In this document: positions 33,720-34,993 of the stretch, one piece after another
Layout of the letters: every line of letters starts with the position of its first letter
Position numbering within the stretch: the first letter of the stretch is position 1
Assembly (NCBI RefSeq): GCF_001194135.2
Contig: NC_068986.1
Span: 86,628,944 to 86,663,936, forward strand
Length of the DNA: 34,993 nt
Reading direction: 5' to 3'
Origin: Octopus bimaculoides
Taxonomy: Eukaryota
Made by a program: the position numbers and the translations under genes
Notes under the pieces: generated by a model
The model's database searches: none
What the model saw: only the letters and a program-made list of their open reading frames with translations
Told to the model about the DNA's origin: nothing

Positions 33720-33827
33720 GAAGAAGAAGAAGAAGAAGAAGAAGAAGAAGAAGAAGAAGAAGAAGAAGAAGAAGAAGAAGAAGAAGAAGAAGAAGAAGAA
33801 GAAGAAGAAGAAGAAGAAGAAGAAGAA
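33720..33827. repeat. (GAA)n pure purine microsatellite
   Basis: Direct reading; explains the poly-K/F/S ORFs. Confidence 0.98.
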
Positions 33828-34833
33828 GGTGATGATGATGATGATAATGATGAAGAACAAGAACAAGAAGAACAGAAAAACTGTTCTAACATGTTGATTG
33901 CTGTAATGTTTAGGCATCCCCTACATAACACACCTTTGGCATTGAGATGGCGGCCACCTAAGACGTCTAATTTTTATATTATCTTTAAAAATCTTTATAT
34001 TTATCTTTTTATTTTGCTATTGTTATTTTTAATTTTCATTTTCTATTTTTTTACATTTATTTCGATTTTTTTATTTTAATTTTCTATATTTCATTTTTAT
34101 TTAAATTTTTCTAACACACCAACCTACTTGACAATAGCGACGTACGCAAGTATTTTACTGGTTTATTTCAATGAAATTCATTAATGTATGTTTTAGTTGT
34201 TGTTGTTGTTGTTGCAGTTAATAGTCTTGTTATTGTTATTGTTGTGATGGTAACGTTGTTACCGTTTGACAGATATCGCTTGTTGTGGGTTGACTTTCTA
34301 CCTATTTAATCTGCCCCCAACACGCACACCTATAAGAAACAGATACACAAACACCACCACCACCATCCTCAACGCCAATACCACCATCACCATCCACACC
34401 AACAACAACAACAACACACAAAAGGAATACGTACGGTGTCGCAATAGCAAAATTAGGCAGCGTCCTAAATTTTGTAGTCCCACGCTATCATAATAATAGC
34501 AACACGTAAATACCATTACACAAACACATGTATTAATATACACGTACACGTACACACATCCATCCAGCCATCCGTTCATCCATCCATCAATCCATACATA
34601 CATACATACATACATACATACATAAGGAGACAAACGACAAACGAACGGACAAAGGAACAAACAGGTGAAGACCCAAAATACAGAACAACAAAAAACTAAG
34701 CTATTAGAGTTTTAATAGAAAGAAGATAAAGCAAAATTAACCACAAGAAACAACAACAGTAAAATAACAAAATTACCAAAAAAAAAAGGAAAAATGTGCC
34801 ACTACCAAATCTAGCACCACCACGACCGTCAAA

Positions 34834-34881
<48 letters not shown>

Positions 34882-34993
34882 GCCAACATTAATAGTTATT
34901 GTATGCTTTGTACCAAGACATGTTGCACGATTAAAAAAAATATGGAAGTTAGTGTGTTAAAATGTAAAATAGCTATTATGAAATGTGCCAAAA

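Overview
AT-rich eukaryotic scaffold sequence with 10 N-gaps (5220-5487, 10930-10962, 12159-12168, 14266-15149, 17300-18019, 22145-23123, 23322-23421, 24892-24901, 29775-30028, 31414-31535). The repeat landscape (dense di/trinucleotide microsatellites, several tRNA-derived SINE families, R4/Dong-clade LINE relics, Tc1/mariner relics) looks like a coleoid cephalopod, probably Octopus; this is inference from pattern recognition, not a database match. No host protein-coding gene can be identified with confidence, and nearly all ORFs in the supplied track are microsatellite or gap artefacts. Supported content: about 30 SINE copies in several modular families (labelled A1, A2, B, C and CORE variants here), six minus-strand R4/Dong-type non-LTR retrotransposon fragments clustered at 19-29 kb and abutting (TAA)n-type microsatellites, a mariner with an internal inversion, a Tc1-like N-terminal relic, a ~200-bp palindrome, and a 143/188-bp minisatellite. 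Weakly supported: a pair of phase-compatible + strand exons near 31 kb and degenerate hammerhead-like motifs. All alignments were done by eye, so boundaries are approximate (about +/-10-20 bp for degenerate copies).
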